Below, in pieces: positions 43,591 through 55,581 of a stretch of 64,000 bases of DNA (positions are counted from its first letter, which is position 1; every line of letters starts with the position of its first letter). A model generated the notes under the pieces. The model searched no databases, had not been told where the DNA came from, and saw only the letters and a list, made by a program, of their open reading frames with translations. This stretch comes from an uncultured Nitrososphaeraceae archaeon (lineage in GTDB: Archaea > Thermoproteota > Nitrososphaeria > Nitrososphaerales > Nitrososphaeraceae), in assembly GCA_963765895.1 (NCBI GenBank), contig CAVXZB010000024.1, forward strand, positions 128,001-192,000, in the 5' to 3' direction. Position numbers and translations under genes: made by a program.

Positions 43591-45020
43591 TAATCTTCAA
43601 ATTCTGCATCCCTAATCTTTGTTCTAATGGATATCATAAAATCATCTAACTTCTTTAATGGAATCTCGCAGATAGCCGAATTTAGTCGACCCCACGCCGC
43701 ACCTCCTATTGGTTCAGAAGAGCTTTTCACTAGATCTTCGAGAATAAGTGGAAACTTCGATCTAAATCCTCTTGTTATACAAAATTTGTAATGCGAGTTG
43801 TCTTTAGTTATCGTTCTTACTAATAGAACCTTATTATTCAATGATAGGCATCCGACCAGAAACGAACATACTGAATCAATCATGGTTTCGTGTACAGCCC
43901 CCTCTCCAAAAACATATACGCAATTTCCATAGTCGTTAAAGCGCCATCTTTCTGAAAAAATTCTGGATATGTTCTCCTTTAGGGTCTCCTTATAGGCCAG
44001 AAATATTCTCTCTCCCTCATCTAAGATATCCCTCCTGTCACCCATACAAATTCCTATACCTATTCCACCCTTGTTTGCATATCCGCAGGCTTTTAGTAAT
44101 TCTACAAATTGCCTGGCATCTCTAATAGAGGTCTCTGGATCCTCTCTAAGGCTATAAATCGATCCGGTCAGATCTTCTGGTTGTGGCAGTTCTGTGTAAG
44201 CTGATGTAGCCATAAATTTTATAATCGCCTCAGTTAGAACTCCTCTTTCCTCTTGATCGAGGTCTGCAAGTATACGCCACTGTCCATTCTTATTCTTCAG
44301 TCTAAGTCCAGAATTTTTTGTCAGCAAGTATGAATTTTCATAATTCCAGGTTAAACCATCTATACAAGGAGACAAATTGGAAGCTATCGCTTCAGCAATT
44401 GGCATAGTTTCTCCAGTAATCAGCAAGCCGGGCTTAACTGAAAGAGCGCCAATTGATTGAGCTGTATTGACAAATTCAGAATTTATCCCTATAAGCGACC
44501 TTTTTTCACCTATATCTTGCTTTTCTGCTAACGCTGATACGACTGCAAGCTTAGAAAGATCCTTATTCTTATTACTCGCTTCAAGGGCAAGGAGATACGC
44601 AAGTCCTCCCGATGAGATTTCTTTTTCGCCATCAATTCCGCACTCTTTCAGATTAATAACGGTATCTGCAGTCAATCTTCCTTGAGCCTCATCTGTAATA
44701 TTTTGATGATCGATTAGAAGCCATCTAGCATCCAGTGAGTCTCGCAGCTTATTGACCGTTGTAGTGCCAAGATCAATAAATATGAATAGGTCATAGCCCG
44801 AGGCTTTCAGATCAGTTATCATCTCTGGTGTCAATTCCATAACGGTGCGGATAAAGCACCTGCCTCCAAGTCTAGATATGCATGTTGCGGCTATACTACC
44901 AGAACATAATCCGTCGGGATTTACAGATGCAACTATTGCGATGCTTTTCTCGTTTTCAACTGCAGACTCTATTCTTTCGTTAAATTGTCCTAACCTTTCA
45001 TAGAGTTCCTTTCTACCCAT
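43590..45020 (-). CDS. DHH/RecJ-like protein with degenerate catalytic motifs
   Basis: NPDG, FIDLG, LIDHQ, EISSGG; downstream of rps15. Confidence 0.8.
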   Translation of the reverse strand: MGRKELYERLGQFNERIESAVENEKSIAIVASVNPDGLCSGSIAATCISRLGGRCFIRTVMELTPEMITDLKASGYDLFIFIDLGTTTVNKLRDSLDARWLLIDHQNITDEAQGRLTADTVINLKECGIDGEKEISSGGLAYLLALEASNKNKDLSKLAVVSALAEKQDIGEKRSLIGINSEFVNTAQSIGALSVKPGLLITGETMPIAEAIASNLSPCIDGLTWNYENSYLLTKNSGLRLKNKNGQWRILADLDQEERGVLTEAIIKFMATSAYTELPQPEDLTGSIYSLREDPETSIRDARQFVELLKACGYANKGGIGIGICMGDRRDILDEGERIFLAYKETLKENISRIFSERWRFNDYGNCVYVFGEGAVHETMIDSVCSFLVGCLSLNNKVLLVRTITKDNSHYKFCITRGFRSKFPLILEDLVKSSSEPIGGAAWGRLNSAICEIPLKKLDDFMISIRTKIRDAEFED

Positions 45021-45029
45021 GCCAATTTA

Positions 45030-45479
45030 TTATTCTAGCTGCGCTATAACAGTCGCATATTTCCAATTTTTTTGAAGCTTTCCTTTTTCCTTGTAGTATC
45101 TTGAAAGCCTATGGATTTTGGACTCTATTAATTCCAACGAGCGAACATTCCTATGGTCGGTATTATGAGATCTCAAGTGTCTCTGAAGGCCTAAGGCTTT
45201 CTTCACTAGCTGATCTAAATCTTCAGGCATTTCACGAGAGATTCCACTTTCGCTAAGCACCTTTGTTACCGACTTGCCTATGATAGGTTTTGCCAATGGA
45301 ATACCGTGATGATCACGCAAACGAACACCGATTTCACTTGGCAACAGACCTTCTTTGGATAATTGAAGAATTAGAGATGACACCTGGCTATAATCTTGCG
45401 TTAGCCAATTAGGGACATTTATAGAAACTGGACGAACACTATGAGACTTTCCATGAGTGTGTGCATGCATTCTTGACAT
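45030..45479 (-). CDS. rps15: 30S ribosomal protein S15 (uS15)
   Basis: GKSHSVRP, PSEIGVRLRD, PEDL, LIESKIHRLSRYY. Confidence 0.96.
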   Translation of the reverse strand: MSRMHAHTHGKSHSVRPVSINVPNWLTQDYSQVSSLILQLSKEGLLPSEIGVRLRDHHGIPLAKPIIGKSVTKVLSESGISREMPEDLDQLVKKALGLQRHLRSHNTDHRNVRSLELIESKIHRLSRYYKEKGKLQKNWKYATVIAQLE

Positions 45480-45580
45480 AATTGTTCACGGCCAGCCGTT
45501 TCTCTTAAACGTTACTTAAGATTATCTATCTATTCATGTACACAAAAGTTAAATAATCGAATCATGTCGTAATATGTTAT

Positions 45581-45898
45581 ATGAACAAGCCTACTATAGC
45601 GGCTATTGCGGTTGCTGCAGCGCTGGCTATTTCTGTGTTTGCTTTGCCATCGATCGAGATAGCTAAAGCTCAGTACGGTTCACCAACAGGAGGCAATATT
45701 GAAGAACAGTTAAAATTAGCGAGGGAAAAAATAAATAATGCTAAAAGTGCTGGTGCTTATGGATCAGGTACCCCTATGCTCGGAACTAACGTCAATGAAA
45801 CCGTGATTTTCATTATTGTTATCGCAGTGATATTTGGTGGAGTTGCAGGAGCATTCTTCCTTATGGGTCGGAGCAAGAAGAGAGAAGTAGCAAAGTAA
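45581..45898 (+). CDS. amoZ: Probable AMO accessory subunit AmoZ
   Basis: Signal peptide (AKAQY), helical ectodomain, GSGTPMLG, C-terminal TM IFGGVAGAFF; divergent from rps15 as recalled for other AOA. Confidence 0.65.
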   Translation: MNKPTIAAIAVAAALAISVFALPSIEIAKAQYGSPTGGNIEEQLKLAREKINNAKSAGAYGSGTPMLGTNVNETVIFIIVIAVIFGGVAGAFFLMGRSKKREVAK

Positions 45899-46255
45899 TC
45901 AAGGTAATTTTTTTATATCACGATTTACTTATTTTTAGAGATTTTTATACGGGAATTGATATTGTAAGTCTGCATATGGAACAGTCATATCAGCTCTTGA
46001 AGCCAGGAACTATCATTGTTTTATATTTCAAAAAAAGCAAAACAATCGCAAGATTATAGACTGTCAGAATTAATCTGAAGATATTTAGAATATGCTTTCG
46101 TAAAGTTATTAGTTTATTGTTACGAATGAAGTATATAGTTAATAAGTAAAAGTAAATGCCAGATCCATAATAGTCTATAATAGTGTGTGGGGTGGACGAC
46201 TTGGCAATCTTGAATTTAACCAAAATGTATATATCGAAGACCTTATTTGCTCTAT

Positions 46256-46540
46256 ATGATAATGAGCGCTATCCTAGGCATTGTGGCAATGGTAAGTTAT
46301 GGATTCGAAAACCTGATGAAGCAGATTGGACCTGCGTATGACCCACTATTCTACGATGTAATGGTCTACATCTTCGGAACAATGCTGTTCGCAGTATTCT
46401 TGCTGAGCGTTATTGCATTTTGGTTGAGAAGAAAGGGTCTTGGTGGTGGTGCTGCAAAGGAAAAATGGACTCAAGAACTCGAAAGGTATTTTGAACGTGA
46501 ACAGATTGGTTTAATCCCAGATGAGAAACACCATTGGTAA
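46256..46540 (+). CDS. amoY: Probable AMO accessory subunit AmoY
   Basis: TM segment ending AFWLRRKG, downstream of the amoZ candidate; start codon uncertain. Confidence 0.6.
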   Translation: MIMSAILGIVAMVSYGFENLMKQIGPAYDPLFYDVMVYIFGTMLFAVFLLSVIAFWLRRKGLGGGAAKEKWTQELERYFEREQIGLIPDEKHHW

Positions 46541-46838
46541 AGTATAGAACAATATCTGTCGCCTAAATTTCTTTTTCTCTACACCGTTAATTAATCAAAT
46601 TTATAGCAGACATATATCTTGCTGTAAAGGTATTTGTGAAGGCTTGTTAATGCAGACTTCTGTGCCCACAATAAAGCGATGGTCAAGACTCCTGACGCAT
46701 GCTTTTGTTATAATAATACCCCAACAATCTGCGATAATGCTTTGGTGACTAATCCATATTGGAGTTAGATTCGTGGTGTTGCTACTAGTAGAAATTTTAT
46801 AAATGAATACCTAAGGGGCTAAACTCAGATTTGCGACA

Positions 46839-47738
46839 TTAAAATCGTCTTATATTCTTATCTCTTAGCCTTTCCGGATGATGTTTCAATTCATTAATTA
46901 AAGCTAATAGCCTATCCCTATCTTGTGGGATAGTGCCGCCAATGGAATAGATGTTTGAAGCATGATTTGCTCGAAACAACATCGGATCTATCGGGGTCAG
47001 TTCTCTAATAAGAGATTCCAATTCCTGCAATACATCCAAATCGTCTAATGGATCAAATATATCAGAATACTTGGTCATGAACTCATCGTAAACGCCAGTC
47101 TCTAACCGTAAAGTCAACGCAGCCAAATAATGAGGAGAAATCTTGCTGACTATTCTTGCAGTATCTATTATGTGTTGACGAGAATATTTCTTGCCACCAA
47201 TCCCTAAAATTATCATGCATGACAGAGTGAATCCATGCTCCTTTGCTTTCTTACAACTTTGAACTATGCCATTTTGACTGGCACCCTTAGTTATCTTCCT
47301 CAAGACAACGTCATTCCCACTTTCAATACCAACATAGAGCATTGTCAAGCCGGCTTCTCTAAGCAAATGCAAGTCGGTATCCTTTTTCTGTATCAGATTC
47401 TTAGGCATCGCGTAACATGAAACCCTTTCAAGGTTTTTGAATTTCAAATATAGATACTCTAAAATTTGTTGCAAGATGTTTGTTCGAAGGTTGAGGGCAT
47501 CTCCGTCTGCCAAAAAAATTCGCCTAGTCGATGGCAACTCGGCTGCAATAAGATCTATTTCCTTTTTTAATTCATCTAACGGTCGTTCCGCATATTGCTT
47601 TGTCCTATACATATTGCAGAAGGAGCACTTGTTATACGAACAACCAATTGTAACTTGAAATATCACTGAGTTAGATTCAGACGGGGGCCTGTACAAGGGA
47701 TAATCATAAACAATTTGCATACAAAATATAATTATCAT
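46839..47738 (-). CDS. Radical SAM protein
   Basis: PLYRPPSE, CSYNKCSFC, FLADGDA, GIESG, FRANHASN. Confidence 0.9.
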   Translation of the reverse strand: MIIIFCMQIVYDYPLYRPPSESNSVIFQVTIGCSYNKCSFCNMYRTKQYAERPLDELKKEIDLIAAELPSTRRIFLADGDALNLRTNILQQILEYLYLKFKNLERVSCYAMPKNLIQKKDTDLHLLREAGLTMLYVGIESGNDVVLRKITKGASQNGIVQSCKKAKEHGFTLSCMIILGIGGKKYSRQHIIDTARIVSKISPHYLAALTLRLETGVYDEFMTKYSDIFDPLDDLDVLQELESLIRELTPIDPMLFRANHASNIYSIGGTIPQDRDRLLALINELKHHPERLRDKNIRRF

Positions 47739-48468
47739 CGACTTTATATTAAAATATGTTTAAGACTATGAATTGGTCTTCTGTGTTTCACATGTTCAGG
47801 ATTAGAGGAGGAGAACCTCCTGGTCAATATTTTCTTAAAGGAAAACAAACACGTAAAGATTCTTGTCAACAATTTAGTTCTGTACCTAAAAAAGGTCGGT
47901 TCGTCGCGAGGTCTTCATAGTTTTAAACTCAGATTGGAGCAGCGAATATTACCTCATCCCCTTACAATTAGCCTAATTACGATATATAGACGTATCGAGA
48001 GTTCCTAAATCCGTACAAAGTTGGCATGTGCGACCTAATCTAGATACATTATCACAACATATAACGTTTGGTCGGACTATGGCAAAATAATTAATTTATC
48101 AATGTTATTTTCATAGCATACAGGACAGAGCCAGAACAACAGAACTTGGTACAACTTTCAATTCGTCGGCGGTGAATGACAATGTTCCGCTGCATTTCTT
48201 TCTTCTGCAGGCTATTGTTACTGCCAATGGCTGGATCACGGCACGAATTTCTATTTGTCTTACTTTATCTACAATATGTTCAATGAATTGAATTCTACTT
48301 AATGATATTTAGCCATTCCCTAATACATTATGCCTAAGAGCTACAAAACGTTAGCCAGCTATACAAGCCTAGCCCAAATGTGTTGGACAAGTATTATAAA
48401 ACCATAAGCGGCTAAAGGAAATAATATTGTATAGTTATTTTTAGACCGAGGTTTATCCCATAAATCGC

Positions 48469-48936
48469 TTGGAGTGTTGCATTATTGCCACGCGGAGGTC
48501 GCTGTATGATGATCAAGCCTATATATCTTTTCGGCATATCACCATTGAATCAATTTTGAATAAGAAGGCAATCGTATTTGCCTCCATAAGCGCGGCAATT
48601 GCTGTAATTTCAGTAATGCTGCTAATATCTATATTCTCCCCTGCAACGAAGAATTTTGGTCTTGACGTAGATCCGATTAAAGATAATCAGAATCTCTTTA
48701 ATACGGCTAGGGTAACAGTTACAAATACTGGAAAATTAACTCTGGATAACGTTACGGTAATATACGATAATAAATCAACAGAGAGAATAAATTCACTTCC
48801 TCCAGGACAGAAGATAATGCTTTCGCCTCCAGATAACTCATCTTTAATGTCAGTGACTGTCATTGCCGATCATGGATTGAAGGTAACCCGAGCATATAGG
48901 ACCCCAATGAAAATACCGGGAATGATGGGCTCTTGA
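48469..48936 (+). CDS. Membrane-anchored protein with a small Ig/CARDB-like domain
   Basis: One TM, then VTVTNTGKLTLDNVTV..LPPGQ; the real start is probably downstream (~48556). Confidence 0.65.
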   Translation: MECCIIATRRSLYDDQAYISFRHITIESILNKKAIVFASISAAIAVISVMLLISIFSPATKNFGLDVDPIKDNQNLFNTARVTVTNTGKLTLDNVTVIYDNKSTERINSLPPGQKIMLSPPDNSSLMSVTVIADHGLKVTRAYRTPMKIPGMMGS

Positions 48937-50839
48937 TTGACATTATATTAAGATATTATTGAGCCTAGTTTCAATATGTTGATAGGCATATGATAAGTGG
49001 ATTAGACATTATTACTTAATGAGTCAGGTTAAAATAGGAACGAGTTGAATTCAATTCCATTCTTTTGACATATGAATAGTATGACATCAAGTCAAACGTA
49101 GCTGTTGAATTTAACAGAGTAAGATGCTACTTCGCCATAAGTAGAGAGAATCGACAATTAAGATTAAGAATGCTCAATATTAACAGACCTAAAATTGCTA
49201 TACGGAATAAGATCCTGTAGAAATCAATCGTCGATATTCTGCTCATTTAAGAGGTCTAGAGTAATCGATGGAAAATTACCACAGGATTCTATTGCTACGG
49301 AAAGGATTGAGATTTTGATATATATATATATTATTATCGAATATGTGAGTAGATAATCTTCCAAACCTGTCGGAAAAGTCTCATATGGCAAAAGAGTGAC
49401 CCGGAGCGAAAACCAAAGCTGAACCATATACGTATGGGATATATTCTTAAATTTTGAAGTCTATACAATAAGATGTGGTAGCTAGAATGCTAGTTGAGCA
49501 CATAAAACATACACATTCAGCCGAAATGAACCTTCAACCTCCCAATGAGAAAAAGACTTTATAGGACTTATCCCCAAATGCTCTAATCGTCTGAATGATT
49601 GTAATTGTCTAGCATTTCCTCTTACGATTAAATGGTTCAGATGGTATGTAGAAATTAGGAATTCGTCTAGGTGCATAGTAGGCGAAGCTTATGGATATTC
49701 TTCATCATATTTGAACACATGCACGGAATGCAGCAGGATATGTGTCAGATTTATTAATTTTTTTATGACTCATTCATACTCTGGGTTAGAAAGAAACGCC
49801 AGCTTATTTGTAAAACATTGGAATGAAAGACATTTGCATGCAGGAAGACATAAATTATTTTAGATTCATCAATTCTCTCTGTATGCGTTGGTGCGCACAA
49901 AGAATTCGACTAATTTAGACAGATTGTATGTCGTAAAGTATAAGGTCTCTGAGTTAGACCATAATCAGTTAATCGGCATTAGTATTTTGAGCCGTTTTAA
50001 TTGGTAGCTTTCGCTACCCTCATGATATAATTGTGCAGATCATGTTCGTCACATTTTTGCATATTGTCTTGCGGTTTGAGCTCAAGTCGATCTATTTCCA
50101 AACAGAGCAGTGTGATCGAAGCGCTTACAATAGGGTTATTCTTTGTGAAAATTGCCCCGAGAGGATTTTACCCTAGATAGTTAGAATACTTAACACAAGA
50201 GGTCATCGATACTGCTCAGTTTGATGAGTTCCTGAGATCATTTCATCCAATTAATCGTAATGACACTCATCTCAATTGGGAATGCCTAAATGAATCAAGA
50301 AGGTTTTCTTTTTATTGTTCCAATCTAAAAACAAATCCACATTGAACAATTCACCATGATTAAATTTAGAATAGGATTAAAGTAATTTAGGTCAAGTTTG
50401 TCCATATGGTTTGACAAATTGCATTATATAGACGAATTTTCTTGATATTGCATTCTATTATAGTTTACTAACAGGCGTAAGCTTATTTCAAAATTTCCCA
50501 TTTGAGAAAAGTTCGTATCTTGTTAATACTACAATATAGCATACAAAGCTTCACAGCGCTTTGATAAGTCTGTCCCCAAGAAGATGTTCTTTCCACCTAA
50601 ACTTTGTGTGGTCGATAACATATTTTTAATGAAAGATTATGTTTGTATGAAAGCTGTAACTAAAACTTGAACTGCAAATCTGGTAAACGAGATTGGAACA
50701 TTATCTTTCATCCATAACTTGAGCCTTTCTTATACGCCGTCAGAAGGAGTTCGCGTTCTCAATCTCGATGCGGGACATCTAGACAGGAGACATGCATCAG
50801 TGATAAATTCAGTAATGCATTGATTAATTACCAAATAAC

Positions 50840-53421
50840 TTAGACTATGGCAAAAAAAGTTTCCTTGTAGTAACCAATACTTTCATGCCGAGTTACGGTT
50901 TGTCTTTGAAATATCCTAATTATTAGCGACCGTATCCTGCTTACACCCGGAATAGAAAAGCTTTTCGCAATAATCGTTGGGCAATTAAGCTTATCCAGCA
51001 TTGAAATAAAATGTTGATTACTAAAAAGATCGTATTTCCCAATGCTAGCACCCGTTACTAATAAATCAGCTTGAGAGGCGTTTATCGCAGAAAGTAGCAG
51101 TCTCGCGAACTGTTGGCTATTACTATCCGTCCTTTTCGACAAATAGATTTCGTTAAATTCTACTCCAATCTGTTCGAGATACTGTCTATGCTGATCTCGT
51201 TCTGTCAAAATATTTTCTATCTCATCTTTTCTGAATTCTGGTCCCTCTCGAATTCCATTGTATCGTTCTTCAAAATTACTATTCCTCGTACTGCTGTTCT
51301 TGTCGTTACTATGACTCTCTCCTTCCTCCCGTTTTTCTACAGATAACACGCTCACTTTGAACTTGCCAGAATGCTCAAGCCAACTAGCTGTCTTCAATAC
51401 TATATCGGAGTGGTTTTCGCTATCATACAAGACTACCAAATTTTTCTTGGTGGCCTGGGAAGCGACCACACTTTGCTGGTCTTCCTTCTCACGTGATCCC
51501 GGTTGCCTTGCCCCTAATTGCGGCTCAATGAAACGAGGCTCCTCAAGTACAAGGTCTTCATCACTAGTCCCGCCAGTCAGGATAGCCAATACATTGCAGG
51601 TTACTAGTGTTTGAAGGGCTTTATTGTTACGGTAGGTTTCAAAGTCCGTGATCATGAGATCGATCCCTTGCTCCTCGATTGTTGCTAATATCGCTTCCGT
51701 AGTGTCATGTGATATCCTTACAAGATAATGATTTAGAATGTTCTCTCTTTCTATCATAGTTTCCAACGGTTCGAAGGCTCTTCTTGCGGACTCTGTGAAC
51801 GCAACTCCTGCTGAAAGTGGCGTCTGGTGCGGAACTGTAATAATCCGCAAAATATTGATTTCACCCTCGTTCTCCTTCGCAACTCTTATTGCATATTTTA
51901 TCAGTCTATCTGGATTCTCAGGGGTGTAAGGGATCAAAATCCGAAAATCTTTCCTAGTAAGGTCACCCTCACTTGTAATTAACGGCGCATAGTGATCTAT
52001 CTCTCTCCTAAAAGTGTATATCCTATATAAGAAAAAGCCTACAGCAATCCACAATAGACTGATGACCCAGCTCATAGGCTGCGTAATTAACAGATAAATA
52101 GCAAGGCCTAGCTTTAAAAAAACCCCGATAATTGGAATAATGGGAAAGAATGGAGTCTTGAATCCATAATCTAACTTATCTCCATACATTTTTCTGATCG
52201 TGATAACTGAAATGTTTACTTGGGTAAAAAGCAGTAAAAAAATCACCCCTGATGCAATTGCAATTTGTGTAAGTGGAAGAGAATATGCCATAATGGCCAT
52301 TATTACTCCTGAAATTACTGTGGCGATATAAGGCGTTTTGAACTTGCTATGTATAGTGCTAAGCTGATGTGGGAGATTGTAATGCCTACCCATTGCAAAC
52401 GCAACCCTAGAAGAAGAGTATGTAGTGGCATTCAACGCAGCCAGACTTGATACAATGCCGCCTGCTAGAATAATGAAAGAGCCATAGGGTAAGAATAGTT
52501 GTGAGCCCTCATGATTCCTAGATCCCCATTTTCACCTATGAATTGCCATGGAGTATTGGCGGTTCCAATATTCTTGTGAAATATAGCTCCGACAGAGACA
52601 AACGCAACCAAACAATAAAGCAATACTACAAGTGTCAGAGAAATGAAAACTGCTCTAGGAATATTTTTTTTAGGATTTTTCACTTCTTCTCCTGTCTGAA
52701 CGATAATTTCATATCCTTCAAACGCAATAAATGTCAGACCCATTGCGGCTACTATGCCTCCTATGCCGTTAGCGGCGAAATTGGATGTAAAATTTGTATA
52801 CCAATCCGGATTGCCTTGCATAGTTAGTATACCAGCACCTATTAGGGCAAAAATAGTTCCGAGTTGAATAATCGTAATAATTATTCCTGCCTTTCCTGCC
52901 TCAGAAACGCCTTTGACATTAATATAAGTGAACGCAGCAATAGATAAAACAGCAATAAGTTTATCTATGGGAATTATGCCAAAAAGCGGATCATTACCTA
53001 CTACGCCTAACATCTTTAATAAGCTGTACTGAAATGAACCATATCCTACTGCATATAAGCTGCCAGCGACGATATGGGCAAACCATGCCATCCATCCGCT
53101 TATAAAGGCGTTAGGTCTGGGCAAACCTTCTCTAACCCACAGATATCCTCCCCCTGCTTCCGGCATAGCTGAACCCAACTCCGCATAGCCCATTGCCGTA
53201 AAAAGGGTGATAATTCCATTGATTACGAACGCTATAATTACTGCGCTTCCTGCCAGGCCTATAGCCGGGCCAACTAACACAAAAATTGCTCCACCAATCA
53301 TCCCCGCTATGCCGATCATAATAACATCCACCAAACCCAATGTACGGACCAAATGATGTTGTTGTGGATTTTCAGACGTCGAGGATCTATCGCCATCGCC
53401 GGTATAATGACGGAAAGCCAA
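50840..53421 (-). CDS. APC-family amino acid permease with USP-like C-terminal domains; 1-nt deletion at ~52505
   Basis: GMIGGAIF, ELGSAMPEAGGGY, FIAFEG, NIPRA; restoring one G gives IMRAAQLFLPYG..ALNATTYSSSR. Confidence 0.88.
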
Positions 53422-53617
53422 TAGTACAGTTACTCATTTTGGTTGTAATCTATTAAAGGTTTGTATTTGTAATCAAGATGAATAAGTCTAAATAATTTTA
53501 TAAATAGACAGAACATAATAATAGCCTTTATACCAAGATAATTTGGGTGCTACGATCACTACGATATAAAACATTCTTATAACAAGCATTGAATACACTA
53601 TTAATTCTGGGAGATCA

Positions 53618-53836
53618 TTGTCAAGTGTCACTACAAGGATCACTTATGAAACTATAAGTGAAGGTTTATTGATCAGATGTTTAGATTGCGGTAAAGTGAT
53701 ATGCACATCCGAGACTAACCGCACAGAACTATGTGACGTATGTGCAGGTATACGAAAACGTACTTTCTGGGCCTCCTTTATGATGCTGATGAGAAATAAG
53801 TCTAACGGTTCTGGCAATAATGAAGGAGATAAGTAG
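53618..53836 (+). CDS. Putative small Zn-ribbon protein
   Basis: CLDC...CDVC pair within a 72-aa ORF. Confidence 0.4.
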   Translation: MSSVTTRITYETISEGLLIRCLDCGKVICTSETNRTELCDVCAGIRKRTFWASFMMLMRNKSNGSGNNEGDK

Positions 53837-54308
53837 AGCAATTTGGATTCTTTATTATATCAGCCGATGTTAGATCGGGTCGAAAAAAGTTGTGTAAATG
53901 CGTTGTTATGCACACAAAACTTAAACTAACGGAGTCGTTACATATTCAAGTTTCATATTTCTGAAGTTTTCCGATGAATAGTCACCAATTCATCGACTAC
54001 AAATTAAGATACCTATTATAATCCCTCTATAGCGATGTTACAATCCAAGGTTAGTCAATTTTCAACTATTATATCATAATATGGTTTCGATAGGTAAATA
54101 TTCATCACCGACCAACTGTTGTCAACATAGATCGTATTTTTTCGGAGGTCGATATAAAGACCCCATATCATGATCACTTGACAAATAAGGCATATGTTCC
54201 TACGCAGAAGTATCATCTATCTTCTGCCATTATTCAATTTATATCAGGAAATCGGCCAGTCAGAGTCTGTTTTCAATAACATGATTCTATAAGGAATCTA
54301 TTCTGTTG

Positions 54309-55581
54309 CTATTCCCATATTTTCTCATGAAAGGTGAGTTTCTTGTTCAGCAAGAAATTATTAGCTGATGCAAGAGCAACTGCAAAAATCAATGAGAGCC
54401 CGAATTGGAGGTCAGATTGTACAAACATGTAGAGTAGTCCCAATTGAAGGGCTGCACCGAAAGGTACTAATTAGAACAAATAAGCCATATTGATGTATAG
54501 TCGATCTAATTGGAAACTTCTTATCTTCGAATGTCCAAATTTTATTAAAAATAAAGTTGGTCGTTACCGAACATGCAATTCCTATAATGGTCGCATGGAT
54601 ATACCACATGTTGGCTATAGTGTTTGAAAGAATATAGGATATCAAGAAATTTAATGCCAGACCGCTTGCACCAACGGTGTAGAATCGACCGATTTTAGAT
54701 AAGAATCGAACCGAACTGCGCTTTTCAGCTTCTGTTTTCCGTTTGTTCCGAGTTTTTTGGCCATAACGATACAATCGCCAAACTGACCGTATGTAATCAA
54801 GTACAACAGTAATGTCAAGTTTACTTGTTCCAGATTTTCTATTGACAAAGGTATAGGGGATTTCCTTAACCTTCATTCCCTTGACTTTTACCAGTATTTC
54901 TAATAGAATTTTATAACCCGCGCTATCTATGTTAACGTTCTCAATAACATTGCGAGAGATTGCAAAGAAGCCAGAAATAGGATCGTTAATATTCTGTACC
55001 CTCAAGCTATGCTGGGCAATTTTTACAGCACTACTACTTAGAAGGCGTCTTTTGTACGGCCAGCCCCTGATTGAGCTTCCAAGAACATATCGTGAAGCAA
55101 CTACTATCGAATCTGGATCTATAATTAGTTCATGAATTAATATCGGGATAGTTTCCGGAGGATGTGAAAAATCTGCATCCATAATCAAAACGTATTTTCC
55201 TGCTGATAATGCTATTCCGTTAAGAATGGCTGGTATAAGTCCGAATTTGTTTTTTCTATGTATTATCTTAATTTGAAATGTAGTACTTTTTAAATCATTT
55301 ACATTATTACCCACAAATTTAACAGGGGTATTCAGTTGCAAGCCATTTAATGATGTAGAATTTTCAAGAGTCCGAATATAATCCTCGACAATTATACCAG
55401 TACCATCAGGTGAATTATCATCGACGATGATGATTTCCGTAACGATATTGTCTGGAAGGTTAGCTTTTATCGCATTAATTAATTTCAAAATATTTTCTGA
55501 TTCATTATACGTAGGAATAATGATGGATACATCAATTTCTCTGAGCTTTGAGATTAATTCTCCTCCATGAAACAATTGCAA
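54309..55581 (-). CDS. Polyprenol-phosphate mannosyltransferase (DPM1-like GT2) fused to GtrA; +1 frameshift at ~54460
   Basis: IIPTYNE, VDDNSPDGT, MDADFSHPP, DPISGFF, GYKILLE; the GtrA half continues FGAALQLG..NFLLNKKLTF to TAG at 54309. Confidence 0.88.

Noticed and set aside
50003-50022. Resemblance to the 5' end of tRNA-Leu(CAA)
   Set aside because: Short gapped match with no cloverleaf
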